Below, piece by piece: positions 27,551 to 42,840 of a stretch of DNA of 64,000 nt. The stretch is from Octopus vulgaris. Taxonomy: Eukaryota. Location: NCBI GenBank assembly GCA_951406725.2, contig OX597835.1, positions 9,300,001-9,364,000 of the forward strand, given 5' to 3'. A program made the translations under genes and the position numbers. The notes under the pieces were generated by a model. The model was given only the letters and a program-made list of their open reading frames with translations, ran no database searches and was not told the origin of the DNA. Within the stretch, counting starts at the first letter, position 1. The number at the start of each line of letters is the position of its first letter.

Positions 27551-28205
27551 CTTCTTTCATCAATGTGGCAGTCGTTTTCCGCTACATCTTTAATTTTTTT
27601 CCTATTTTCTTTGTCATTCCGATTCTTATTATTTCTGTCACACCGTTCCCGATAGAAAATCTTTCTTTTACACTCCGCTTCTATCTTCCCATTCTCTGTC
27701 CTATCCTATAACCCTCTGTAGTTGTTATTTTCTGTCATTAATTCTATTCTGCAAAACTTCTAAATAGATTAGATATCAAATGAATCTGAAGCATTTCTAC
27801 CGTCTTAGGAAGAGGCATGCCGGGAAAACACCTGTCAGCAAAGTAAATTAAACCTTCCAACAAAAGCAATGGAAAAGAAAAAAAGTAACAAACAACTATT
27901 TCCTGCTCGAGTGTTGTGAAGCAGATTAATGATATATTGTGAGTTGTATGTTTTTCCTAAGGGGAATAGTGAGCTAATACTGTCAGAAGGAATATCGCTA
28001 GAAGTCAGAATTAGCATTGTGAATAATGCAAACCCAACTTTTATCATTTACTCATTCGTTATTTCATATCTCATATATTGTTGGCGGCGATGAAAATGGC
28101 AGCAGAAATACTAATAAAGTGCATTCAATTATTTACAGTTGTATATTCATACATTTCGGAGTTCAAATCATAGGCTAAGCATTACATTCTACTGCACTGG
28201 AATTG

Positions 28206-28288
<83 letters not shown>

Positions 28289-28365
28289 TATAGATAGATA
28301 GATAGATATAGATATAGATATATATGTATATATATGTATATATGCATATATATACATATATATAT

Positions 28366-28560
28366 AAAGTTAATCCAAACAAGAAAGCACAAAACACACA
28401 CAACAACGCGAGGACGTGGAACAATTATAATATTATTGGACTCCCAGGAAAGAAGGAGAGTTTAACGTTTCGAGCGGAGCTCTTCGTCGGAAACATAGGA
28501 GAAGGAAATATCCAGAGAAGGGAAAACAGAGGAAAAAAATCGCCAACGGTACACGTGGTC
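28366..28560 (-). mobile_element. Penelope-like non-coding element (family A) inserted in (TA)n
   Basis: About 195 bp between two TA tracts; homologous to 46548-46755; contains a hammerhead motif. Confidence 0.75.
28460..28494 (-). ncRNA. Minimal type I hammerhead ribozyme motif (U4>C)
   Basis: Minus strand reads GTTT-CCGACGA-A-GAGC-TCC-GCTC-GAAAC-GTT-AAAC. Confidence 0.7.
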
Positions 28561-28622
<62 letters not shown>

Positions 28623-28675
28623 GAAATGAACTACGTGAAATTCCATACGAAGAGTACTCCTCCCAGTGAGAGTTT

Positions 28676-28805
28676 AATATTACTACACGTTTCAAATACA
28701 CGTGCTTATCACGATACCGCCAGGTTCCCGTGCATGAGTACGCATGTACAGGAGACTATTAGCAGCGCGTGATAAGTACATGTATTTGACACGTTTAGTA
28801 ATATA
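28676..28805. mobile_element. Palindromic MITE-like hairpin
   Basis: TATTACTACACGTTTCAAATACACGTGCTTATCACG pairs with CGTGATAAGTACATGTATTTGACACGTTTAGTAATA. Confidence 0.75.
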
Positions 28806-28817
28806 TATATATATATA

Positions 28818-29245
28818 GGCGCAGGAGTGGCTGTGTGGTAAGTAGCTTCTTTACCAACCACATGGTTCCGGGTTCAGTCCCACTGCGTGGCACCTTGGGC
28901 AAGTATCTTCTACTATAGCCTAGGGCCGACCAAAGCCTTGTGAGTGGATTTGGTAGACGGAAACTCAAAGAAGCCCGTTGTATATATGTATATATATATA
29001 TGCGTGTGTGTGTTTGTGTGTCTGTTTGTCCCCCTAGCGTTGCTTGACAACCGATGCTGGTGTGTTTATGTCCCTGTCACTTAGCGGTTCGGCAAAAGAG
29101 ACCGATAGAATAAGTACTGGGCTTACAAAAGAATAAGTTCCGGGGTCGTAAATAGAATTTTTCAAAAGAATGGTTATCATGCTCGATTAAAGGCGGTACT
29201 CCAGCATGGCCGCAGTCGAATGACTGAAATGAGTAAAGAGAGTAA

Positions 29246-29247
<2 letters not shown>
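28818..29247 (+). mobile_element. SINE family 1 with a foreign insert of about 32 bp
   Basis: Full copy; non-SINE sequence at 29149-29180. Confidence 0.92.
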
Positions 29248-29307
<60 letters not shown>

Positions 29308-29388
29308 CAAATTGAGATAGGGGTTGTAAATGCAACCCTCCATGGGATAACATATATCCAATATACTGTATTTCTCCATTTTCTTATC

Positions 29389-29429
<41 letters not shown>

Positions 29430-29447
29430 AAGAGAGAGCGAGAGAGG

Positions 29448-29498
<51 letters not shown>

Positions 29499-29822
29499 GA
29501 CTGCGTGGGATTCGATAATAAATAAATATAGATTACATGAAGTACGTGTCGTATATATATCAGTGAAGGACGCCATAGGTTTGGAAATGGAGTTTGGCTA
29601 CTTAATAAAACAACTTGATGTACTCTTATATAACATATTAATATATTCAGCTTGCAATGTGATACTATGAAGCTTCTAAACCATAACTTTTAATATTGCA
29701 ACAATCATTATTATTGTCTTCCATTTAATAATGGCCATCTGGATATTAGAATGGATGATAAAAAGTAGTCAGGTTACTCTGCATTATGTCCTTATGATTT
29801 AAAATCCGACGTTTATGAATAT

Positions 29823-30039
29823 ATAGTAGCAATTTAAGAGATATTTGCCGTTATTGTGCAGCCCTATAGCAAATGTCAGACATTTATATTTCTAAAATTA
29901 TTAGAGTAATTCCATTATTTAAGTGGAATCTTATGCAAGGTAAAATCTTCAACAGATTTTATGGCATTTTTCCTCAGAAATCTCAAAGAATCAGTGAGGG
30001 CTGCAAAACAGCAGGAAATATCTCTTAACTTGCTACTAT
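29823..30039. mobile_element. MITE-like element with TIRs of about 43 bp
   Basis: ATAGTAGCAATTTAAGAGATATTT...GCAGCCCT pairs with AGGGCTGC...AAATATCTCTTAACTTGCTACTAT. Confidence 0.7.
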
Positions 30040-31475
30040 CACACGTTACTACTTTTTGCTGAGTCAACTAACGTAAGACATGGAGTTGTACATAAGAGAC
30101 GCCTAAGAGACTCTAATTAAATGTATTAGAAAGCATTGCTTCTAGCATTTAACTATCACCAAGGTAACGAAAGATATGTGGGTTTGATACAAAATTTGAT
30201 CAACCGATTTCGAGAAATGACAAGGAAACCAAAATCTTTAGGAAGTCGATTATTCTCATCCTTCAACTGAAGGAAAATTCTTAGGAAGGCAAACGTGCAA
30301 AATATTTCGTTTTTGACTGCGATTATCGTGCGTGAATCCTATTCTTTTCTTGTGAAATTTAATGACAAAGCAAATTTATGTCAAAAATATAATTACCTTC
30401 ACAGGTCAAAGAGTGTAACCAGATGAAATGTAGCTAAACGTTCTCAAGAAACTACAAAATATTGATGTTTGTCAATGTTTGTTAGGATAATGTAAAATAA
30501 TCTAAAATTGAGAGGAAATTCTATACACGAAATGTGACACTTAAATTGGGAAAAATTAACTCTAATAATAAAAATTAAAACGGAATCAGTGAAAATTACA
30601 TTCTAAAACTGATGGTAAGTAACTAGAAATTAAAAGTAACCTATGGTTGAACAGAATTAGCAATCATCGAGAAGTAGAATTCGAAACGAGGCATAGTTTT
30701 TCTAAGAATGTAGACAATAAAAGTTTATTGTAAACACAGTCAAAGTAATACATTTGATCTAACATAATTACATATTGTTTTTAGTGTGTGTGTGTGTGTA
30801 GTCTACTAGATTTTATGTCGCTCTGAAAATGAAAATAAGATGAGGAGGAAATATAATGTCTGTGCCATCGGAGAGAATTAAGTTAGAAACCATTATGAAA
30901 ATATTGCGCAATTATGACGAGACAATAAAATGTTTACAGAATTTAATCAAACGTTCATGAAATGTTTTGCTATTGAAAGACCAAATAAAATGCAACGCAA
31001 CACCTTTCAGATTTATTTCAAAGTAAAACTAGAATATCTCTCAAACGACTAATACTGACATAATTGCTTGTTCCATATAAAATAAAAGGCAATCTATGGC
31101 AAATCATCAGAAACACTCGCATAGCGACAAAATTGCAAATATTGATGGAGACAACTGAAAGTCATTTAAACTTTCTAAATATTTGGCGATATTGTTTTGT
31201 TAAGTGTAAGCATTAATAACCGATAGATAGCTTGAATGATCTCGCGACGGAAAGTAAGGCGGCGTTTAAACAAGGAAAAGTATAACCATAGAAGTCTGAG
31301 GTGTAAATTTGACATAACGAATACTTTGAACAAAGATATGACTGCAAGCGGAAATTTGTGGAGAACATTAAAAGCGAGAAGTCATAAGGGAAAATAAAGC
31401 ACCACCTTCGAACTTATTAAATAGACTATATACTTACACACACATATAGTGTGTGAGTGTCTGTGTGCATGTGTA

Positions 31476-31516
<41 letters not shown>

Positions 31517-33029
31517 AAACACACACACTCAAAGAATACAAGCACACCTATGGAAGAAAACTAAGGACCAGAATGGATATCCAGTAGAAATGACTGAATG
31601 AAAAACACTCGAACAATGAACTGTAAAATTTGTCGACAAAATGTAGACTTCTTTATTATCTGTTAATAAAATTTATGAGTGAAAATGAGGCGTTAAAGAA
31701 ACATAAAATGTATACACACAATATAGAAATCCACCTGTAATATTCTTTTCCTTAAAGCATAAAAACCGCATCTATCCTTCCCAAAAGACGTTAGTATTCT
31801 CTGATTGAATATAAGACATACATATAATACCCATATCTACACGTATAGATTGCGTAAAAGTCTATTACAAAGACGTTGATGAAGCAATCTGGTGAATTAA
31901 AATATATTACTAGAGGTTTTCAGACATCTTGTCTGTTTAGTATATCTGAAAATGGTTTTAGAAAGAAGCAATTGTTTACCCGACAAAAACTTGCACTTGT
32001 ATATAATAGATTTCACGTAAAATTCCCGTAAATGATGTTGGAAAAATTACATTAGAGTGATCGTCGATTATTATCTGGACATAAATAACAGATAGAATAT
32101 TGGAAATATTCATTCTAATGGAAAGACAACTGACTAGTGAACGAACAAAGCAAACGAAAATGAAGATAAAAATTCCAGTCAATGATTTAATACCATCGCT
32201 CAATCTATTCGAGGAAACAAAGAAATGTTTTATTAAAAATTTTCGTTAGACTTTCTGATGCACAGTTTGAGTACATAAGTATATTTTGAAATTTAATCAC
32301 GCAGTAAATTAACGTAACCATTCCAGCTAAACGCTGGTTTGTCATTCATTTAAGTAGCAAATGCAATGATTGTTATCTTCGCAACCATAAGGACGGGTGT
32401 TGCTTTAGTCTGTAAAATGCCATATATATGAAAAGACAGTTTCGTTATTTTTCTACTTGCAAAAGAGAAGAAAAATGCATTTACATAATTTTACTTTCTA
32501 TTGCATAGATGTTACGCATTCTCTCCTAAAATACACTCTTTGTGCAGCCATTGGTACAAGTACCTGTGTATGTTATGGGTGTTATTTCGAGTATTTTACT
32601 TGGTTCAGTCCAAGAACAACGACACCCATATAACTAATGAGGAATGCAGAATAAATATTTCATTTAGTAAGAAATCCTAAAGAAAAGCATTCTCCTAACC
32701 ATCATAGAAGCATTTGTTAACAAATATTCCTTTATATCAATTAGACACAAATAAGTCTATCAAGTAAGGGTTAGCCTTTGTAACAATTACATCAGTTTTG
32801 CACAGGTTCCATACGTAAAGCAGCATTCTATTCTAAATGGTGTGATTGGTCTGAACTGATATATCCATTGCCTCTGTCTTCCGAGGTTATAAGGTATGGT
32901 TTCAGTGATATTTAGCGACCTTTTTTTTCTAAAAATCACTCTACTTCATGGTTTCTTGCAATTTAAACTTTGGTTGTAAAAGAGCTGACGTTGAGCTCAG
33001 AGCCATGCAACAAAGGAGAATATACTAAT

Positions 33030-33720
<691 letters not shown>

Positions 33721-34422
33721 CTTCGCGTATACGTGTAGAAACGTAGCATTATAATTATTTCCTATTACGTTTTACATCCTGTTACATCCAGGTCGCGGAC
33801 ATTACTTTCCCATCTTACGGTATAGGTTAAATAAGTATCACACAAAGAATTGAGGCATTGCAGACAGCAGAATCAGCTAAATTCATTGATGTGGTGTTCC
33901 GAAATGTTCACAGTCTAAGATCTATAGTAATTCAAAGAGTTAAAGAATGGAACTAAGAGAAAGAGAAGCAAAGTGCCAAAAATGAAAGCAAGAAACTGAA
34001 GAAGCGGTTGTTTTACATCTGTTACACAAATTACTAGATAATCTCATAATCAACAGCTAACACTAGTCATGAAAGTGACAGGAAAAGAGAATTTGATAGA
34101 ATAATATGTTTCAATGGAAAAGATGGTTGATCTGTTGAGATAATAGTGAAAGAAACGTCGGAATTTAGTAATGCTAGAGAAAATGGCAATAAATGACACG
34201 GTGAAATGAGGAAAGCGGATGAGAGAACTGATAGAAAGAGGAGAAAATTGACGATGAATATAAAAGGTAAAGAAGAAGACAATAAATAATAAACTTCGAG
34301 CAAGAAGAGGTCCTAAGAACTGGACAAGAATTGACTTCAAGTCATGGAGCAAAATAGATTATATTGGACGGGTCGTAAATGAATGACAAAAGATTTTGAT
34401 AACTAATAACGCTATATTACAA

Positions 34423-34477
<55 letters not shown>

Positions 34478-34644
34478 CACAGACAATGTAGCGCTGTGTC
34501 CTTTTCTGTAATGTTCGCATGATGTATTAGCGGTGCATGCGTAGGAGGATGTATATTCAAGAAACAACCCTACAATTACGTGTGTCTGCCTACATTTTGT
34601 GATACGTGTCATTGTGCAGAGCAGAGGCAACAGTAGCAGCAGCA

Positions 34645-34782
34645 GAAGACGAAGAAGAAAGAGGAGGAGGAGGAGAAGAAGAGGAATAAGAAGAAGAAGA
34701 AGAAAGAGAAGAAGAAGTAGAAGAAGAAGAAGAAGAAGAAGAAGAAGAAGAAGAAGAAGAAGAAGAAGAAGAAGAAGAAGAA
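34645..34782. repeat. (GAA)n microsatellite
   Basis: Polypurine trinucleotide tract. Confidence 0.95.
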
Positions 34783-34811
34783 ATGACTCATATTTGTATC
34801 AGTAGACGTAA

Positions 34812-35700
34812 TTAACCCTTGGTCTAATAGAGAAAAATGTATGCCACTAATTACAAAATGGGTCCAATGGACCCCAATTTTTTTCTTTTAATTAAAATTT
34901 TATTAATTAATGTAGCTACCACTAGCTACATTGCATATGCTATCAGGTTAATGAAGAATTACTGTTTCTCACAAATTTTAATTAAAAAATATAGCTTACA
35001 GAATATATTATAATTTTTTTTTTTTTTAAATTACAAAAATACAGAATTACTGTTTTCCATGGCAGTGAATTCAGACAGCATTGGTATGTTCTTGGCAAAT
35101 ATGGATATTGCAATTCTTACATGTAATATGAGTTTTCCTGCCATTTTTGGGGTGCGGGATACACAAAGAACAACATCCTTTTTTCTTTGGCTGAAGAATG
35201 TCAAATGAGGTTAAAGATCGTCTTCTTTTCTTGTTTTGTTTTGTTTTTTTTTTTTTTTTAGTAATGTCAGCAGAACTAGAAGATTGTTTGTCATGTTCTT
35301 GTTTAGCATTAACCCCAGCAAATTCCTTTCCTAACTGAATTAGGCACTGTCTCCTTTTATCCTTGAAACTTTGCAAGTGAAGCAGATTAGTAGCAACGAA
35401 AGCATCCATTGCACTTATATCAAACATGTTATATAATTTAATCCTAGGCCATCTACGAGTCATTTTTCTGCAAATGGATGACCTTACCATCTTGTCTGGG
35501 GTAGCTGTTCCTCCTTTTGTTTTGTTGTAACATGTAATAACTTCAGGTTTATTTTCAGCACTTTTCGAATCAATTGAAGGTTGAGACTGCATTGTATTCA
35601 TAAGTGTGACAACATAATTTTTCTTGGAACAATAAGATAGGATCATAAAATCCTATTGAATTCCAAATATTCTGCTGTCACAGTTTTGAAATTGTTGTTG
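34812..35700 (-). mobile_element. piggyBac transposon 3' part: transposase C-terminus and terminus
   Basis: ORF 35071-35646 has YNKTKGG, RKMTRRWP and a Cys-rich domain CSLC...CKNC...C..H. TTAA followed by CCCT terminus at 34812. The GGVD motif is lost (GGTA). Confidence 0.9.
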
Positions 35701-35828
35701 TTATTTACTATCATGTCAGCCTTGATCGAATATTTGATCCCATTTCAGCATTTGCATGAATCATCGCGATACATTCGCTTTATTCCTTGCGATACATTCG
35801 TTTTATTTGAAGTAAGTTGCAAGACAAG

Positions 35829-36140
35829 CTTGTATGGTTAGGCTTGCTTCACAACCACCTGGTCACCTGTTCACTCTCATTAAGTGATTAAGGTATGTGT
35901 TTTTTTCCTGAAGCCCCGGGTCGACCAATATTTAGTGCGTACATGTTTATATGAAAGTATGTGTTAACGTTTTCTCCCATCAATTCAAAATCGGTGGTGG
36001 TTAGTTTGCATCCCTGTAACTTAGCACCTCAGCAAAAAATATCCCTGATACAATAAGTACTGGACATTGAGTCGAGCCATAAAATTCTTGCAGATAAAGC
36101 TCAAGCATGGCCGCTGTTTAACTACGGAACTAAGTAAGTA
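35829..36140 (+). mobile_element. Old diverged SINE family 1 copy
   Basis: Degenerate head, AATAAGTACTGG and AGCATGGCCGC motifs. Confidence 0.6.
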
Positions 36141-36899
36141 ACGCCATAAATAAAAACTATTCTTTTCTCCATGAAAATTTCTATCGTGCAATTATAGAGA
36201 ACCAAAGTTAGAAGCTATTTATGACTTTATGTCCCAAAATTTATTTCCGAGCTCTTAGTGGGGAATATTAGTTTAATAGAATTATTTCAACAGTTTTATT
36301 TCCAAAATTCTTTCTTATGGTTTTGTCTATTGCTCCTCTTTAGAATAGGAAGGAACTATTGACAGGAATGAAGTATCAACCAATTTCTATTAAGTAACGA
36401 AATTGACCCATTCGTCTTGACGCCGTCTAAATGGCTCAGTTTTCACCAGAAGAGGCAAATATTTTACTCACGCAATTACAGTGTGTCTGTATGATTGATG
36501 GCGATGAAGTATGAGGAAATTGAGCTGGAAATTTGAATCTTTTCACACTACAATATCTCCATCTGATGATTGCTGCCAGAAAACATAACTTATTGACATT
36601 TTGCACAAGTCAATGTAGGTCGAGACGAAATGGTCGCTTGATACGTTATAATGACAAACTAGATCTCAGTGTGGAAACAAAAGAAACGGTATTTTAGTAG
36701 AAAACATTGGTAAATGTAGAACGAGTGAGAATATGCCTGAAGGGAAAACGTGATGTTTACTACTGGAATAATTTTGATAACAGGAGATGCTAATATTATT
36801 GTAACGCGTACCAAACATCGGTATGTCCCTGATTTCTGCATGATTTTGCAGAATTTCAAAATGACAGCACTTTAATACTCCGAATCGACTAGTCCCCTC

Positions 36900-36956
36900 C
36901 AGTGGCATAGCTAGGATACATGCGCCCAGGGCAAAGCCAAAATTTGCCCCCCCCCA
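36900..36956 (+). mobile_element. hAT-like terminal fragment
   Basis: CAGTGGCATAGCTAGG...GCGCCCAGGGCAA...GCCCCCC resembles non-autonomous hAT ends; no partner end found. Confidence 0.35.
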
Positions 36957-37032
36957 CAGTTATTTAGTCAAAAAAGCCGTACACTTGTACGTCGTAGTCG
37001 ACGGGGGAGAGCGTCGTGCATTCTTCTTCTTC

Positions 37033-37091
<59 letters not shown>

Positions 37092-37632
37092 GAGTGAGAG
37101 AGCAGTGCATGCCATCAAAGTGACACTGGGGTACAAATATACGAAGCCCAGTATACCCATCATGACTACCCATCTGATAAGGGTACACCAGGCACATGCA
37201 TCACAACCATATGTGCGCGACATGGTGATATCATATCAAGATAAACAGCACATGACCTTGCAGGTGGGGCCCAGTTAGAAATTTCTTCAGGTTGAGTAGC
37301 CCATCCCGCTCAAAAGTTCCCTGAATAAGGGTTGTTTAAGGATGTTGAAAGAACCACCCATGTTTCCAGGAGTGAATCATTCAAACCCCAAAGAATCCCT
37401 GTCAACACATGGCTATGATGCTACCCCACTTCTTCTACTCGTGATCAGAGATGCACATATCGTCAGCCACTAAGGGACATGCTCAACTGGTTAAGGTCAA
37501 ACAACTGACAAGCAAATCTGTGGTATTGAGCAGAATATTTGCTGTAGCCCATCTTTTGTACCAAGACAAAACAATGTACATGATAACACTTGCAATCAGT
37601 TAAGATCAGAAGCCACGAGAGCCACTGCCTGG
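37092..37632 (-). mobile_element. 540-bp non-coding retroposon embedded in (AAT)n
   Basis: Flanked on both sides by (TTA)n; a truncated copy at 25746 keeps the same end. Confidence 0.8.
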
Positions 37633-38200
<568 letters not shown>

Positions 38201-38929
38201 GTATTACACAAAATATGAGAAGCTGATAGATGGATAATATGCAGGCTATTCATCAGTTTTGTAAAACTGGAGTTCCTTGAATAAGCTATTGTGGAATGCA
38301 GTAGCGTTATACATTAAAAATGTATAACATCCTAGAAATATTGAACATGAAAAAGCATTATTTGTCAAGATTTCTGTCACTTTATTTTCTATATAACGAA
38401 TGATTCCATACTGGGAATATTTAGTGACGTAAAAGATTCGAAGAACAGCGGTTGTGACGCACGAGAATTTGGGGCTGTCCATTAATTCACTTGTTGAGAT
38501 CCCATGTTTCGCACGATGACAGGTGCTTCTTCCGATCATTCCAGATCCGCATATAATGATCCGACAATCGTAATAGGGTACAAAAAACGATGGAAAGAAG
38601 AAACGACAGATATATATATAGAGAGAGAGAAAGACAGAGATTGTGAATATTCACAGCGTTCTCCTTTCATGTTTAGTAATATTTTTCATCACAAATTCTG
38701 CAAATAAAGATACATTTTAGTGTAGGACGCAATACAGCATGCATATGTCATCAAGTACATACCTGGCTATTGAATAATGTACACAAAGGGAGCGGAAACA
38801 TTAAAGTCAATCACATTTGCATGCGTATACTTTAAAGGAAATCTATATAATGTAACACAGACATAGACACACATACACACAAATATGCATGTTGAAATCT
38901 AACTCTCACCTTCTATAGGTGTATAGACT

Positions 38930-38930
38930 C

Positions 38931-38965
<35 letters not shown>

Positions 38966-39398
38966 CATTATATATAGGTATGTCTTTATATGTGTATATG
39001 TGTTGTATATATGTATATATGTATATTGTATATATATATATATATGTATAAACTGTATATGTATATACGTATATGTGTATACATTGTATATGCATGTGTA
39101 TGGTATGTATATGTATATGTATGTGTACGTTATATGTATGTATATTATGTGTGTGTGTGTGTGCATTATATATATACATTATATGTATGTGCATTGTGTG
39201 TATGTATATTATATATGTATATGTTGTATATGTATATGTACATAGTATATATATATATATATGTATATATGCATTATATACATGTATATTATATGTATGT
39301 ATGTTGTGTATATATATGTATACATGTGTATACATTATATGTATATATATGTATACATTGGTATGTGTATGTTAAGTGTATATGTGTTATATGTATGT

Positions 39399-39430
<32 letters not shown>

Positions 39431-39711
39431 TGTATATTGTGTGTATTTGTGTTATGTGTATGTGTATGTATGTATACATTGTGCATATGTATATGTATAT
39501 ATGTATATGCATTGTGTATATATATATGTATATATGTGTATATTGTATATGTGTAAGTTATTTGTATGTATATGTTGTGTGTGTGTATTATATATATGTA
39601 TGTTGTGTGTGTGTTGTGTGTGTGTGTATATTATATGTATATATGTGTTGTATGTGTGTGTGTGTGTGTGTGGTGTATATATATGTGTGGGGTGTGTGTA
39701 TGTAATGTATG

Positions 39712-39763
<52 letters not shown>

Positions 39764-40397
39764 AGTGTGTATGTATGGACCGCACACACGCGTAGACACA
39801 TGTATGCGTATATATACACACACAAAGACGCGTACACCCACACCATATATGCGCACACACACAGAAACATACTCAATACCAACACACGCAAAGCGCATAT
39901 ACACACATGCCACGCAGATACACCCAGCAGACCTGGACACACATACGAACAAACACATACACACTAACGCACACGCAACGCACTAATAGACATTAACCAC
40001 ACACATACACACACACACAAACGGGCACACATATACACACACCATCCTACCCTAAAAGATTCTTTAAATAACACACATCTATTTACACCACATCTATTTA
40101 CACCACCCTGGAACAAATCAAAAACAGCCCCCCCACACACACACACAAACACATGTATACATATATATGCACACACACACACTCACACCAATCTCACCTC
40201 CATACAGACACACATATACACACGCAGCACCATGCCAAATGCAATCCACACACATAAATACACACACACACAACACCAAGACAACCACACACGCGGTTGA
40301 CAAACGGACACACATATACACACACCATCCTACCAGATCTTACAGACACACAGACACATCTATTCACACCACATATGTATGTACACACACACACTCA
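38930..40397. repeat. 1.5-kb degenerate (TA/TG) then (CA) low-complexity array
   Basis: Alternating purine-pyrimidine sequence; TG-rich to about 39778 and CA-rich afterwards. Confidence 0.9.
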
Positions 40398-41104
40398 CCC
40401 CATCCTGACCCCTAAATCATTGATGAAGGAGAGACAAAAAAAAGGGTAAATTCTTTTCATTTCCACATTACTCCTCCTTCTACGCGACCATAGCGGACAG
40501 GTAGGTTTTAGCTCCACCACTATTATAATGTAAATCTTTTTTGAACTCATAATATTCTGTACGTGTATACTGAACTTTTTTAATAATTCCTTCTGGAAAT
40601 TATCTTGAGAATGTATAATATATTTGTTGTAATCTTTTGTGCCCATTATTTCAATGAGCTTGTTAACCTTTTTTTATATTCTCAACATGCTTTTGTCATC
40701 AAAGATTGTATATTTATATGGATTGTAGTACTCTGTGTCAACCAATATTCTGTGCATGTTTGAATATACAGATAAAATACCAATATCAATTCCTCCTGGA
40801 AACTATCTTAAGCATGTCCTTGAGAACGATTATTTATGTAGTAATCTTTTGTGCCCAATATTTTAAGGAACTTGTTGAACTCTTTTATGTCCTTAACATG
40901 TCCCTGTTACCAATGACTGTATATATGTAATGTAGCAATTTGTAACAACCAATTATTAACGCAACCAAACTTCTACATGTTACATTTGACAATCTTTTTC
41001 CAAAGAGTGAACCCGGTAAAGTAAATAAACATCTTTTAAATTGCATTTTCAAACGTTCTTTCGTATATAATTTCACTCGTGCAGTACCACACAACTCCAC
41101 TTTG

Positions 41105-41174
<70 letters not shown>

Positions 41175-41333
41175 ATATATATATATATATATATAATATA
41201 TGTATATGTATATATGTTTATGTGTGTGTGTGTGTGTGTGCGTGTGTGTGTATGTACTTTTTTTATTTTATTTTATTTAGTTTCAGCTCACAAGCTGTGG
41301 CCGTGCTGGGGCACCGCCATAAATATACATGTA

Positions 41334-41375
<42 letters not shown>

Positions 41376-42040
41376 TACGTACATACACATATACAGCTTA
41401 TATGAATTGACGTACAAACACAAATATATATTTCTCAGCTTTGTTCTCTCCCTCTCTCTTCTTCCTTCCTCTCCTCCTCCATATCTTTCTATCCCCCTCG
41501 CTCTCTCTCTCTATATATATATACATACATATATATATACATATGTATATATGAATATACATATATGTATATGCATATATATATATGCATGCATATGCAT
41601 TTTAAGCATATATATATATATATATGCATGAATATGTGTAAGTATATATGTATGTGCGTACGTGTGCGTGTATAAAACTTGTGATCCTGTGATATGCATG
41701 TGCGTGAATCTTGTGTGTGTGTGCGTGTGTTAGTATGTGTTTGTGTGGGCGTAAGAAGTTAGCATGTATGATATAAAGATAAAGGAGGAAACTTTATCTT
41801 GATGAAGGTTAAGTATAATGGTGTATTAACAGAGGCCAATGAAATGTTGGTGAAGTAGGAGTCATCAAGACTCCAATAAGGTGAAGTTTGTGGGGGTTAG
41901 GGATACACTCTTCGGGTCTCCTTCAACAAACCGTATAAACTATATCATTGCATTTGCATATGAGATGACGGTTGAAACCTCTGTGAAGTTTGTAGAAATA
42001 TTTCAGAGCTAGTGAATAATAGAATAGTTACGTTCAGAGT

Positions 42041-42420
42041 GGAGGCGCAATGGCCCAGTGGTTAGGGCAGCGGACTCGCGGTCGTAGGATCGCGGTTTCG
42101 ATTCCCAGACCGGGCATTGTGAGTGTTTATTGAGCAAAAACACCTAAAGCTCCACAAGGCTCCGGCAGGGGGTGGTGGTGATCCCTGCTGTACTCTTTCA
42201 CCACAACTTTCTCTCACTCTTACTTCCTGTTTCTATTGTACCTGTATTTCAAAGGGCCGGCCTTGTCACTCTCTGTGTCACACTGAATATCCCCTAGAAC
42301 TACGTTAAGAGTACACGTGTCTGTGGAGTGCTCAGCCACTTACACGTTAATTTCTCGAGCAGGCTGTTCCGTTGATCGGATCAACCGGAACCCTCGTCGT
42401 CGTAACCGACGGAGTGCTTC
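42041..42420 (+). mobile_element. SINE family 3
   Basis: Near-identical to 15155-15536; TSD-like TTAC(G/A)TTCAGA. Confidence 0.9.
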
Positions 42421-42615
42421 CTCAATTACATTCAGATTAAACATACATAGGTATATCCACACATACGAACACATACATATAAATACATACATACATACGC
42501 ACACACCCACACACACACTCACACATATACACATGCATAATAGAACCAGGTGGTGCTATTAAGCACATGGCATGGGCCTATAGTGGCCAAGAACCTAAGT
42601 TAACTAAGTTTTATA

Positions 42616-42840
42616 TACACCGTGAAAAAGGAGTTACTTTGAACAGTTTTCAGACTTCTTATTGCAATAGTTTCATAACCATGTTTTTCAAGTTTAACGA
42701 AATTTGACTATGTTCGGGGGACAAAATAAGTAAACTGATACATAAAATAAAAAATAAGTTGCAGTCAAAATTTGATTACTTTTTTATATAGATGTCGCTG
42801 TTCAAAGTAACCCCAAATCAGGGGATTCTTTGAAAGTAAT
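42616..42840. mobile_element. pogo/Tigger-like MITE remnant
   Basis: TACACCGT start; inverted GTTACTTTGAACAG / CTGTTCAAAGTAAC. Confidence 0.4.

Noticed and set aside
35071-35646. Domesticated piggyBac (PGBD) gene
   Set aside because: Only a C-terminal fragment with a lost catalytic-region Asp, attached to a transposon end.
36560-36592. CTGATGA-TTGCTGCCA-GAAA (similar hits near 13153 and 54888)
   Set aside because: Stems are poorly paired and the hits are single-copy; expected by chance in AT-rich DNA.
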